From NCBI RefSeq assembly GCF_036365525.1, contig NC_090382.1, forward strand, positions 111,014,372 through 111,078,371: a DNA stretch of 64,000 nucleotides, written 5' to 3'. Source of the DNA: Heterodontus francisci. Lineage: Eukaryota. The notes beneath the pieces were generated by a model that had not been told where the DNA came from, ran no database searches, and was given only the letters and a program-made list of their open reading frames with translations. Shown here piece after piece: positions 35,642 through 47,808 of the stretch. Positions within the stretch are counted from its first letter, which is position 1; each line of letters opens with the position of its first letter. A program made the translations under genes and the position numbers.

Positions 35642-36613
35642 ATGGCGAATGCACTGATGAACCGGGCGTCTTTCATTTTACTGCTTTGTTTGTCGGATCT
35701 GGTTTCGGGACAACTTCGTTACTCGATTCCCGAGGAGCAAGATCACGGGGCCTTTGTTGGTAATGCCGCTGAGGATTTAAAATTAAACCGTTGGGAATTA
35801 TCGGCTCGCACATTTTGGCTGGTTTCCGAGGTAAATATGGAAAATGGGAATTTATTTGTTAATGAAAGAATCGACAGAGTACAGCTTTGTAGTCAAAGCT
35901 CGACGTGTTCCTTTTATTTTCAAATAGCGCTCGTTGATCCGATGGAAATGCATCGTACCGCAGTGGAGATACTAGATGTAAATGACAATTCGCTCAGCTT
36001 TGCAAAGAGACAATTCGCCTTTGCAGATCAGCTTCCCTCTCGAGAGCGCGCATGATGCGGATGTAGGTACAAACACAATCAGCACTTGCCGGATCAGTCC
36101 AAATGAGTATTTTGGCATTAAAGTGCAGTCAGGAGAGGAGTAAAAGTACCGAGCTATTGTTAGAAAAGCCTTTGGACCGTGAACAGTAGTCAACATTTAT
36201 CTTGTTTTGACCGCTATTGATGGTCGAGTTCCCAACAGATCTGGCACAGCTCGCAATATCATTACTGTAGTGGATGGGAATGATAACGCACCTCCGCGGC
36301 TGTAGCAGCAAATGTCTCTCAAGAAAATCAACTCTGCTGACTTGGACCAAGGTACCGATGTTGATCTAACATATTCTTTCACAAATCACGTTTCCCAAAG
36401 AATTCGCGAGTTGCTCAAATTGGATCCGAAAATTGGAGAGATCAAAGTTCATGGAGTAATTTTGAGGAATGAAGTATTTATGAACTTGTTGTCGAAGCAG
36501 TAGACAATGGTGTACCTGGTTTGACAGGACATACGAAGGTTATGGTCATTTTAACTGATGTGAATGCTAATACCCCTGAGATAGAGATGACGTCAGTATC
36601 CAGGATGGTTCCA
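35642..36613 (+). pseudogene. Truncated protocadherin variable-exon pseudogene (signal peptide to start of EC4)
   Basis: Starts MANALMNRASFILLLCLSDLVSGQLRYSIPEE. Has a 21-bp deletion in EC1 (DERKQYM missing), a frameshift plus deletion near 36020-36030, a TAG near 36187 and further deletions. Homology stops after ...EIEMTSVSRMVP, where LINE sequence begins. Confidence 0.93.
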
Positions 36614-36819
36614 ATCATGTAACATTTACAATTCTCCAGTCCCCAGGCACCACACTTACATCTAAGGAGGATTGGAAGATTATGGCCAGTGTGTCAGCAA
36701 TATCCATGCTTACTTCCCTCTATATCCTCGGATGCATTTGATCTGTTCCTGGTGACTTATCAACTTTAAGTACAGCGAGCCTTTCTAATTGTTCAGAAAG
36801 GTGACTGATTGTTCACCGT

Positions 36820-37480
36820 CTAGGTCGGTGTTGTCTTATATGTGAAATTAAACCAAATCTTGATTTGCAGAACTGATTGCAGTTGATTACATATGAAATC
36901 ACTGTTGGTGGGGTGTAAATTTGCTGGCTTTGTTACGTGCTTGCTAGTCCTGTAACTTGTCCTTTGAGGACGCTTCTCAAATTTTGAGATTGCTTGATGA
37001 CAGACACTGCTCTGTAGTTCTTTTTTCCCTTTAGGGGGGTCCAACTTACAGGCTGAGATTGACTTTCAGAAAATCTTTGTATCTAAGTTTGGGATGTGTA
37101 ATGGTGCAAGTTCTCATGTTCAGCTGGCTGTAGAATACCACTTTTGGTATGCAGGAATCCTCATGCGAAGCACATGGCTGACACAGCAAAGCTGAGTTCT
37201 GATGAGCATACAGTCCACACCAGATATGCGACACCTTGCACAAACTTTGGTGTCAGCAATTTAGTGCTACCACTTGATGTTGCAGCTAGATTTTAAGCAG
37301 CAAAGGTGGAATGCGTCTAATTGTTTAATGTGGCGCTGGTAGGTTGTCCATACCTCACAGCCAAAGAGAAGTGATGTGAGAACTACTGCCTGGTAGTTTT
37401 TGATCTTTGTTTAGAGACAGAATCTATAGTCTCTCCAAAGCCTGTGAATGAGTCTGCCAAATGCTGAGCTTCTCTAATAC
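36820..37480 (-). mobile_element. RTE-clade 3' fragment
   Basis: IPKVVFYSQL..HPKLRYKDFLKVNL; FICNQ zinc-knuckle remnant. Confidence 0.65.
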
Positions 37481-38863
37481 ATTCTCTTTATCAATTTTTA
37501 GCCCTTTTGTTATCTCAACTACCTCTTCTTTCACGACAAATTTGGCAGCATCTTCTTCCTTGGTAAAGACAGATGCAATGTATTCATTGAATAACTCTGC
37601 CCCCTACCACCATGCGTGAATCACCTTTCTGGTTCTTAATTGGCCGTACTCTCCTTTTACAATGCTTTTACTATTTATACGCCTGTAGAAGACTTTGGGA
37701 TTCCTTTTCGTATTAGCTGCCAACCTCTTCTCATACCCTTTCTTGGCTGTTCTTATTTCTTTTCTCACTTCCACTCTGAACATTCTATATTTAACCTGTT
37801 TCTGATTTGTATTATCAACCTGAAATCTGTCAAACACACAATTTTTCTGCTTCATCATACTCTCTTTCGTCATACCAGGAGCTCTGGCTTTGTTTGACTT
37901 ACGTTCCCTATTTCATGGGAATTTATCTGAACTGTACCCGAACTATCTCGTGTTTAATGGCAGCCCATTGTTCAATTACAGTTTTACCTGCTGATCGTTG
38001 ATTATATTTACCTGGTCCAGATCTGTTCTCATCCCACTGAAATTGGCCATACCCCAATAAAATATTTTTTTTTACTCTGGATTGCTCCATTTTCTTTTCC
38101 ACAGCTAATTTAAATCTTATGATACTATGACCTCTGTGCCCTAAATGTCCCCCAACTAACACTTGATCCGCTTGTCCCAATCATTCCTCGGAACCAGACA
38201 CCAGGCTTTGCCTCCTTGGACTGGAAGCGTACTGATCTACAAAATTCTCCTGAATACACCAGAAACTCTTACCCTCTCTGCCCTTTACCCTCTTACTATC
38301 CCAGTCTACATTAGGATAATTAAAGTCCCCCATTAAAACTATTTTATAGTATTTGCATCTCTCTGTAACTTCCTTGCAAACGTGTTCCACTATATCTTTC
38401 TTACTGGTCGATGGCCAATAGAATACACCCAGTAGTGTAAAGCTACCTCTATTGCTTCTTGGTGTTAACAAAATAGATTTTGTCCCTGAATCTCTCCAGC
38501 AGTGTAATATTCTTCTTAGCCAATACTACCGCCCTTCCTCCTTTGTTTGCTTCCCTATCTTTCCTGAACACCTTGTATTCCTGAACACCAGGAATGTTTA
38601 GACCCTTTTGTGAGGTATGACTGCTTGAGTGACACAACATCATATACCAAATGGCTATCTGCTTCTGCAGCTCATCAATTTTATTTACCACAGTCCATGT
38701 CTTCTCATACATGCACTGTAAATCTAATTTAGAACTTATTACATTCCATCTTCCTCTGTCCCCACTCTAGTGCTATATTAATCTTGCAAATCTTTGGCAC
38801 CTTGTTTTTCCTCTCTTTTGTTACCCCCTTGTTCCCTCACCCCAGCCAAGTTAGTTTAGCTCC

Positions 38864-39794
38864 TGTCACGACCGACTGCTTCAGTCAAAGCCCCCAGTCA
38901 AAATATACGATTCTGATTGAGGTGGGACCAACGCACTGTTAATTCAATCATGTCACTCTACAGATCGCCGAACATATCATTTTAATCTTTCCAAATTAAA
39001 GAAAGACCTAGCCAAACTGTACCATTTATTAACCCCCGAAAGTGGTAACCAAACCAGGTGTCTTTAAATCAACAAATTAACACTTTAATTAGAAACAAAA
39101 CCTGAATTCTTAATCACTGTGAAGATATAAACAACATTTAAAATAGAAAAAATAGAATCCTTGCAAATTTACAGTCCAATGTTGCTTGAAGTCCTCACAG
39201 ACGTCCAATGGAGAAAAAAGGTTCTTCCACAGTAGAAAAGTCCATAGTCTAACTTCAGCAGTAAGTAATGTTCCCTTCTTCAGCGATGGATTTCAACAAT
39301 TAACAACTTGCGAACACTTTCAGTTGAATCAATCTGACTTTAGAGTTTTTGAGGGATAAAAGATTGTCACAGTCTAACTTCCCTTCCTTCAGTTCAAATT
39401 ATCAGAGATCCCCGTTTTAGCTTGACTTGTTTTTTTTAGAATTTTGAGAGATGATACTAATTAAACAGACTAAAATTCTCTTTCTTCAGTTTAAATGGTT
39501 GAGAGCTTTTTTTTCCAGGTGCTAACACTAGCTGTCTCTCTGTGCTCTCCATTAGAACAAACTGTCTTCAACCAAAAAGCCATTTGAAAATTGAATTGTA
39601 GCAAATTCATCGCGTGTGGCTCAGTCCAAATGGCTGTATCCATGGTATCAAGAATGCACCCTTTGAATTGCAACCGAAAATGCATTTTCTCTAACTCCTG
39701 AGGCTTGCTGGTTCTTAAAGCAGTACTGATCCTTTGCCAGCCTTAAAGGCAAACCGTATATTCCCCGGAGGAAAAAAAATGCAGGACCATGACA
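38864..39794. mobile_element. Solo LTR (931 bp)
   Basis: TGTCACGACC...GGACCATGACA termini (TG..CA, imperfect inverted repeat); 4-bp TSD CTCC on both sides; the flanks rejoin as continuous CR1. Confidence 0.8.
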
Positions 39795-40442
39795 CTCCTC
39801 AATAGCACTAATAAACTGTCCCACTATGAGATTATGCCCGGATCTGTTGAGGTGCAACCCGTCCAGATTGTGCAGGCCCCATCTCCCTTGAACCAGTAGC
39901 AATATCCCAACCATGCATTCATCTTCTCTATCCTCCTAATTCTTTACCCACTAATGCGTGGTACTGGGAGTAATTGATAAATTACTACCTTTGATGTCCT
40001 GCTTGCTAGTTTCTTTCCTAGCTACCTAAAATCTGTCTGCACAGCCTCATTCCTCTTCCCATCTATGTCATTGTTACCAATATGGACCGCTGTTCACAAT
40101 CCTTCCTCAGAGTGCTCTGCAGTGACATCCTTGGCTCTGACACCACGACGGCAACATCGCATCCTGGATTCACATCTGTGGCCACAAAAATATCTGTCTG
40201 TTTCCTGAACTAGAGAATTCCCAATCACTATTGCCTTCCCAATCTTCCTCCTGCTCCCCTGTGCAGCTGTGTAGGATGTGGTGCTTTGGACTTCGATCTG
40301 GCTGCACTCCCCAGAAGAACTATCACTCTTATCAGTATTCAGAATGGAATACTGCTTGGATAGCGAGATACCCTCTGGAAATTTCTGCACGACCTGCCTG
40401 GAATTCCCCAACTGCCTGGCAGTCACATCTCTGCCTGCATAC

Positions 40443-40950
40443 TTTTACGACTGAGGCGGGAGCAATGCACTGTCAATTCAGTTCCGCCACTCCACAGTTC
40501 ACAGCATATTATTAAAGTTTTCCCACCAACAGAAAACAGCCAAATTTAACCCTCTCGTAACCCCCAGAATGAAACAGACGGAACCACGTATCTTCAGACA
40601 ACAACACATTAACTATTTATTAAAAAAAACTTAAACACTATTAAGATAAACCTATGTCTAAAGACTTTATAACTTCTTAATTTAACCTAACTCTCCCGTT
40701 CATACACATACACACAAAAATCATGGTTAACAGGTTTCTTTCACAAAATGATGTTTAAAAAATTATCTGTTTCTTAAGAATAAATAAATAACTGACATAT
40801 AAGTCTTTGTGGGTTACGTTCCTGACGGGTGAGGTATTCTCACGTGAAAATAATCAAATGCCACTCCAAGTCTCCACGTGGATTTGATGAAATAGTCTTT
40901 GAGTAGAAAGGCATTCAAACCACTTCAGCTGCTGCAGGCAGGAAATTATA
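40443..40950. mobile_element. Related, diverged LTR fragment
   Basis: gaggcgggagcaatgcactgtcaattca / aacccccagaa..aaccacgtatcttcagacaac align with 38919-39135. Confidence 0.6.
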
Positions 40951-41436
40951 TCTGTTAGTCATGAACTTAAGTAAAATTAAATAGCCTCTTCGAAAACTAC
41001 AATATTAGTCAGACTTATCGTCGCAGGGTATGTTTTGAGGGGCTTCTTACACAAATGCACTAATTTCTTATAAATATTACCAAATGTATACAGATCTTGC
41101 ATGGCGCTGCATAATGGAAACTTATTCCTCTATGACAGGATAATGCTACGGCAATCTACAGAATACTTTAGATAAGCTGTTGGTGCGACTCATTAATAAG
41201 AAGTTGGAGGTTACATCTCAACACAACATGTTGAGTCATTGGTGACTATTGGTGACTTGGAAGATGACGCGAGTAACCACAGTATTTTGGCTGCTTATAG
41301 TATGCTATCTAAATGTAAAACATACGATGCTGAAATAAAATGTTATTTTAAAAAGTTGCTTCTTCGGAGATTTTTAATTGCACACTCATAATTAATGTTA
41401 ACAATTTCGGAACAGTTTAGCTTTAAGAACGGTTGC

Positions 41437-41478
41437 TGCAGTTATTGGCTGAGTCTCTTTGTGTTGCTGTCAACCAAT
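41437..41478 (+). promoter_or_regulatory. cPcdh promoter CSE, exon 4 (CGCT>TGCT variant)
   Basis: TGCAGTTATTGGCTGAGTCTCTTTGTGTTGCTGTCAACCAAT. Confidence 0.82.
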
Positions 41479-41738
41479 AAGGAGCTGAGACGCTGCCAGA
41501 GATCTACCCGCCTCCTCCGCCAGGGAAACACAGAGCAGAAGCGAACAGACAGACAGTATTTGCTTTTATGCTGTGCGGCCATGCTCAGAAAAGCTGCCTA
41601 GCTTTGGTCTTTTTCATTTCTTAGCTCCATGTTAGCATTTAGAAATAAATTGGATCAATTTATGTGTCAGAAGGGAAAACTTAATATAAACAGTTGGCTG
41701 ATATTTTGCTATTTTACGACAAATTGCAGTCCAGAGAA

Positions 41739-44138
41739 ATGGCGAATGCACTCAGCTGCGGGACGTCTTTCATTTTCCTCCTGTGTGTGTCGGTTCTGGT
41801 TTCTGGACAAATTCGCTACTCGATTCCCGAGGAACTGGAGCATGGGGCCTTTGTGGGGAATATCGCTGAAGATTTGGCACTCAATGTCTGGGAATTATCG
41901 GCTCGCAAATTTCGGCTGGTCTTTGATGACAGGAAACAATACATGGAGTTAAATCAGGACAATGGGATTTTATTTGTTAATGAAATAATCGACAGAGAAC
42001 AGATCTGTAGACAAAGCTCCCCGTGTTCCCTTTCTTTTCAAATAGCCCTTGATAATCCGTTGGAAATGCATCATGTCGCAGTGGAGATACTGGATGTAAA
42101 TGATAATTCACCTAGTTTTTCAAAGGATGAATTCGTCCTGCAGATCGGTGAGTTAATTGCACCAGGGGCGCGCTTTCCTGTCGAGAGCGCGCTCGATCCG
42201 GACGTCGGTACAAATACAATCAGCGCTTACCAAATCAGTCCAAACGAGCACTTCGGCATAAAAGTGCAGACAAGAACCGATGGGAGTAAAAGTGCTGAGT
42301 TGTTATTAGAGAAGTCCCTGGACCGTGAACAACAGTCTATCTTTCATATTGTACTGACGGCCATTGATGGTGGGGTTCCGCATAGATCTGGCACAGCACA
42401 GATTATCATTAATGTGGTGGACGTCAATGACAACGCACCTGTATTCGATCATGAAATCTATACGGCGACTGTGGCAGAAAATGCCCCGCATGGTACCTTA
42501 GTTACAAAAATCAACGCTGTTGATTTAGATGAAGGTGCCAACGCTGAGTTAACATATTCTTTCACAAACCACGTGTCCCAAAGATTTCGCGAGCTGTTCA
42601 AATTGGATCCGATAACTGGAGAAATCAGAGTTCAAGCTGTACTGGATTATGAAGAATCAAACGCTTATGAACTCGATGTACGAGCTGTGGACAACGCTCC
42701 ACCTCTTATGGCAGGACATGCTAAAGTTATGGTCGGACTAATTGATGTGAATGATAACTTCCCGGAGATAGAGGTGAGCTCGGTATCCAGCACAGTCCCA
42801 GAAGATGCTGCGCCAGGGTCGCTAATAGCTGCAATCAGTGTCACGGATTTAGATTCTGGAGGAAATGGTCACGTACAGTGTCAGGTTCAGGGAGATGTTC
42901 CATTTAGACTTCAAAGGTTTTTGAGAAATAACTATAAACTGGTAACGCGCGATATTCTGGATCGGGAAACGGCCCCTCTCTACAACATATCAATTTCAGC
43001 CTGGGATGGAGGGTCTCCTCCTCTTTATACAAGTAAAAACATCTTGGTTTCGGTTTCTGATATAAATGACAACGCACCACAGTTTATAGAATCCTCATAT
43101 AATGTGTATCTGATGGAGAACAATACGCCTGGCGCTTCCATTTTTGCTGTTACCGCTTCGGATTCAGATTTATACCAGAACGGGGAAGTTACATATTCCA
43201 TTCTGGACGATCAGATACGTCACAATTACGTCACAATTAACGCCAAAAATGGGAACATTTACGCGATTCGTTCATTTGACTATGAAAACCAGAAGTATTT
43301 CCAGATCAAATTTCAAGCTCATGATGCTGGATCGCCCCCATTGAGCAGCACTACCATCGTGAACGTTATTATCCTGGACCAAAACGACAATGCTCCGGTT
43401 ATTGTTTCGCCTTTAACGTGGAACAGTTCAGCATCAGTTGAGATTGTGCCCCAGTCAGTATATCCAGGTTACTTGGTTACCAAGGTAATCGCGACTGATT
43501 CCGACTCTGGTCAGAACGCACGGCTTTCCTACCAACTGTTGGAAGCCTCTGATCCCAGTCTGTTTACTGTGGGGTATCTTTCTGGAGAAATCAGAGCAAC
43601 TAGACGTTTTAGAGACCAAGATATCATCACAGAACGATTAATCGTCTGTGTGAAGGACAATGGACAGCCCAGCCTCTCCAGTACCGTCACTCTCTCATTT
43701 TCAATTGTCTCCAATTTTACTGATAGATATTCTGAACGACGTAACGGACCCAGCCAGTCGGAATATTATTCGAATTTAAATCATTACTTGATCATCATTT
43801 TTGGATCTACTTCATTTCTGTTTTTTGTAACCATCATTTTTCTCGGCATTCTGAAGTTTAAACAAGGCAGAAATGTTGCTGAAGAATACAGATCTCCTGT
43901 GTATTCTTACAGACGGAGCAATTCGAATAATATTTTGAATCGGAGACCTGCAACAAAGCAACGTTTAAATTATAGCGGGCCTGCGCAAACCGAAGATTTT
44001 GGTTATACTGTCTGTTTATCACCAGAATCATGGAAAAGTGATTTTCTGTTTCTAAAGTCCTGTCATCCTACTTTGCCTTTCAGTGAAGTGAATGCCCGGG
44101 ACACTAACCCGATGAATTACTTCAGACAGCAACTTTGA
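41739..44138 (+). CDS. Clustered protocadherin variable exon 4 (799 aa from ATG 41739)
   Basis: The ORF track starts at a TTG (41694); the in-frame ATG homologous to the paralogues (MANALSCG...) is at 41739. Six cadherin repeats, TM and tail. Confidence 0.95.
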   Translation: MANALSCGTSFIFLLCVSVLVSGQIRYSIPEELEHGAFVGNIAEDLALNVWELSARKFRLVFDDRKQYMELNQDNGILFVNEIIDREQICRQSSPCSLSFQIALDNPLEMHHVAVEILDVNDNSPSFSKDEFVLQIGELIAPGARFPVESALDPDVGTNTISAYQISPNEHFGIKVQTRTDGSKSAELLLEKSLDREQQSIFHIVLTAIDGGVPHRSGTAQIIINVVDVNDNAPVFDHEIYTATVAENAPHGTLVTKINAVDLDEGANAELTYSFTNHVSQRFRELFKLDPITGEIRVQAVLDYEESNAYELDVRAVDNAPPLMAGHAKVMVGLIDVNDNFPEIEVSSVSSTVPEDAAPGSLIAAISVTDLDSGGNGHVQCQVQGDVPFRLQRFLRNNYKLVTRDILDRETAPLYNISISAWDGGSPPLYTSKNILVSVSDINDNAPQFIESSYNVYLMENNTPGASIFAVTASDSDLYQNGEVTYSILDDQIRHNYVTINAKNGNIYAIRSFDYENQKYFQIKFQAHDAGSPPLSSTTIVNVIILDQNDNAPVIVSPLTWNSSASVEIVPQSVYPGYLVTKVIATDSDSGQNARLSYQLLEASDPSLFTVGYLSGEIRATRRFRDQDIITERLIVCVKDNGQPSLSSTVTLSFSIVSNFTDRYSERRNGPSQSEYYSNLNHYLIIIFGSTSFLFFVTIIFLGILKFKQGRNVAEEYRSPVYSYRRSNSNNILNRRPATKQRLNYSGPAQTEDFGYTVCLSPESWKSDFLFLKSCHPTLPFSEVNARDTNPMNYFRQQL

Positions 44139-44494
44139 TGCTGACAGGTAATTCCTTTGATGAAGAGTTATATATTATGTGTTCAATTAGCGGATCAGTT
44201 TTGTATATTTGTCTAAATGCTCGCATTACTAGTAGAAAGAACGATAGGCTAATTGCTTACTGCTTTTCCTATGTTGCTACTGAATATACCTGAATATATG
44301 CCGCTTTTTTACAGCTCTAAATGGTACAGACTTTATTAACCTTGGCTTTTACTTTGTTTCAGTTTTTGCTTTGATAAAGTACATATCGACGTGGCCCTCT
44401 GTCAGCTATCTCCCCGCTGCTCTATTGGTGTTTTATCGCATGCACTGGTTAGTATCACAAGACATAATTATTCCCATTGGCGGAACGGTCGAGA

Positions 44495-44782
44495 ACAGAT
44501 GATTGGCAAAAGAACCAGAGGGGACATGAGGAAAACTATTTTACGCAGAGAGTGGTTAGGATCTGGAATGCAATGCCTGAGAATGTGGTGGAGGGACATT
44601 CAATCGGGCTTTCAGAAAGTAATTGGGTAATTATCTAAAGGGAAAAGATTTGCTGGTCGACTGGGGAAATGCGTGGGAGTGAGACTAGCTGAATTTCTCT
44701 CGCAGAAAGCCGGCAAGGACACGATGGGATGAATGATTTCCTTCTGTGGAGTAATCGTTCTTTGATTCAATGATTCTATGAC
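44495..44782 (+). mobile_element. CR1 3' fragment inside the 3' flank of exon 4
   Basis: MIGKRTRGDMRKT..; tail gattcaatgattctatga. Confidence 0.78.
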
Positions 44783-45899
44783 TTCAGGGCCAGGGTACTT
44801 CAGCCAAAAAACTGTAAGGCTTCATCGCACTAGGACCGATGTATTAGAAACCGGACTGAATTAAAAGCTTTGGATTTACTCTTGATTGTAGTGACAATGT
44901 TGACGTTTTTGAGTAATTTACCCGCTCTAGAAATATTACATAATATTCACAAATAATGTGTAGCAACTGAATTGAATTTGTGGAAGTCAGATTTGCTTCT
45001 GTCTTTACACAGTGCATTGGGTTTTTGGTGAAGTAATCTATTCTGGATTAAATTGGGTAATCGCGCGACTCACAAACAGCTCACTTTAATACCTGCAGTA
45101 TCGGTTACTTTGTAGGTGATGACGCGATAGATACTTTCAACACTGAAGGTGCCACGTTTCCTGTCAGTTTGTGACACACACATCAATTCGGCCACCAGCT
45201 CTAATATTTAATCCATATGCTTTGTAAACTTTATTCCTGTGATTTATTTTTCTCAGTAACTAATATTTATATGTTCAAAGTAAGGAGTCAAACAAAATAA
45301 ATAAGATGAAAATACTACGCAGTTCAAAACAACATGATTAATTTTTTCAAGTGAATTGTTTTTCTGGCCTAATTCAGCTTTCCTCTTGAAGACCACACCT
45401 CGTGCGTGGAATTCTACACATAGCTGTGACTCTCTGAGCTGAATTTAGATTATCCATTCTTTGCATGTTCAGTGTGATTCACCTCCAAGAATGCACCAGT
45501 ACCGTTCAGTAATTTGCACTGATGAAATTATCCCAGCAATTTCTGCCCAACAGTTTTCATTTTTGGGGGAAACGTTAGGGAATACATTTCAATTTTATCA
45601 GGTAAAAGGTAATTGGACTATTTAAGAAAGACTGTATATGTGTTAACACCTATGAGAAAACAAGCCTGATACTGATTACAAGCTGATTGCAGACTTTGTA
45701 TTATGGTCTCTAAAATTCAGAAAGTAGATAATGTTCGGAGAGAATGATTTTCCTTATTGTAAGTAAGCTAGTCTAAAAATGATGGAATTAGTCTCTTATT
45801 AGATAAAGGAACTGACTATTGTGAACTTTGAGCCAGAAAGTAAAACAGTGAAGTCAACTTAGCCTTGTTGCCTCTATACCTGACTCTTTCAACGAACTC

Positions 45900-46275
45900 C
45901 TGGTTAACTCCCATCTTCCACACGTCACAAAAACTCTTCTAACTTGCACCATGCCTGATTCATCCACCACCCTTGCGCTCACTGACCTACCATGGTTGCT
46001 CGAATTAAAAAAACAGCCCCTCGAATTAAAAAAAATAGATTTATGTTTTTACAAATCCTGCTATGGTCTCACCCCTCCATATCTCTGTAATCTCTTCCAT
46101 CCCTCCAACCTACTGAGATATCAGCACTCCTCCAATTCTGGCCTTTTTTGCAGCCCAATTTTAATCACTTCATCAATGAGTACCAGTACCTTAGATGACT
46201 AGGCCCTTCTATCCTAAACCTGTCTACCTCCCTACCTTTCTTTCCTCCTTTAAGACTCTCCTGAAAACCTACCTC
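45900..46275 (+). mobile_element. L2-like LINE 3' fragment
   Basis: Aligns with the 3' parts of the L2-like copies at about 19380-19700 and 31330-31630. Confidence 0.6.
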
Positions 46276-46960
46276 AGAATCACAGAATCACAGCATCACT
46301 GAATTGTCACAGAACTGAAGAAGACAAGTTGGCCCATCATGTCTGCTGAAGGTGCAATTTACCTAGTGCCATGCCCCTAAATTGTCTTCATAACCCTGCA
46401 CAGTCTTCCTTTCCATATAATAATACAATTCCCTCTGGGATGCCTCGATGGCTTCCACCATACTCTCAGACAGTGCATTCCAGATCCTAACCACTGACTG
46501 CGTGAAAAAGGTTTTCCTAATGTCTCCATTGCTTCTCTTGCCAATTACCATAAATCAGTGCTCTCTTGTTCTCCAACCTTCCACCAGTGGGAACACTTTT
46601 TCCCTATCTACTCTGCGCAGATCCTCATGATTTTGAATACTTCTATCAATTCTCCTTGCAACCTTCCTTTCTCCAAGGAAAAAAGTCCCAATTTCTTCAA
46701 TATATCCACATAACTGAAGCTCCCCATCCCTGGAGCCATTTTTGTGAATATTTTCTGCACTCCCTCTAAAACCTTCACATCTTTCCTGAAGTGTGGCGCC
46801 CAGAATTGGACACAATACTCCAGTTGAGGCAGAGCCAGTGTTTTATACAAGTTTAAGATAACCGCGTTGCTTTTGTACTCTTAATAAAGCTTAGGATGCT
46901 GTGTGCATTGTTAGCCACACTCTCAATCTATTCTGCCACTTTCAATGATTTATGACACTT
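46276..46960 (-). mobile_element. CR1 3' fragment
   Basis: [31 protein letters not shown]; (CACAGAAT)n tail. Confidence 0.88.
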
Positions 46961-47808
46961 TTGTATTCATTCCTGGGATGTGAGCAACGCTGGCTATGCC
47001 AGAATTTATTGCCTATTCCTACTTGCCCTTGAGAAGGTAGTGGTGAGCCACCATGTTGAACCACTGCAGTCCATGTGGCGTCGGTGCACCCACATAACAC
47101 CGACTTCTGGGGTACTCCACCTCGTTTGCAAGCTTTTGAACATCTGCCGTATTATGGTTTGATATATCTTGCAGTCAGGTTTCGTTTGACAATCGCTCCT
47201 ATGAAGCACCTTGGGACGTTTTAACTTTAAAGGAAAGCTGTTGTTGTTATTATAAAGTCGCATATGTAAAAAAAAATAATGGACAGTGCGTTGATCTTTG
47301 CTGACCGAAAATACTACGCTGCCAATGGAACTAGCATGTTACCGAGATATATGACGTTGCGCCATTGACTGACAATATGCCTTTTTATTTTATGGCTACT
47401 GCATTTGTTCGGAATATTAAATACAATCATCATTTGCTAATATTTAATTCGATGCAAGAACAATTTTGAAGAAAAACAAACATGTGCATGATCACAGTTA
47501 AAATAACAACAATCGAAAACTTCAATAGTAGCTAAAATTATCCTCTCAGCGTATACATTAAAAATGTTTTTTTTAGACATGCGCTAACTCCTTAAAAATC
47601 TCGCCAAATTTATTCAGACTTTGCACGGCGCTACCCAACAGCAAAATGTTTGGTCACCTGTGTCAGGATCATCCTCACGGAGATATACAGACTGCATCAG
47701 TAAGACACAAGCGATACGGAGCAACAATAAACCGGACACTACGCGTATGGCTGTCTCGATCATAGTAAGGATTTGAGTCATGGGCGACACTCGACGAAGT
47801 GGAAAATG

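Larger units (their letters stand above)
36615..40440 (-). mobile_element. Decayed CR1 LINE (ORF1 esterase about 39795-40440, APE about 37480-38860), interrupted by an RTE fragment and a solo LTR
   Basis: AIVIGNSLVQETDRYFCGHR..RAKDVT (ORF1); VLMGDFNYPNVDW, GHSIIRF, NTKRNPKVFYR (ORF2). Confidence 0.82.

Noticed and set aside
41694-41738. N-terminal extensions from TTG starts (also 48551, 35597)
   Set aside because: Artefact of alternative start codons in the ORF track; the homologous ATG lies 45 nt downstream.
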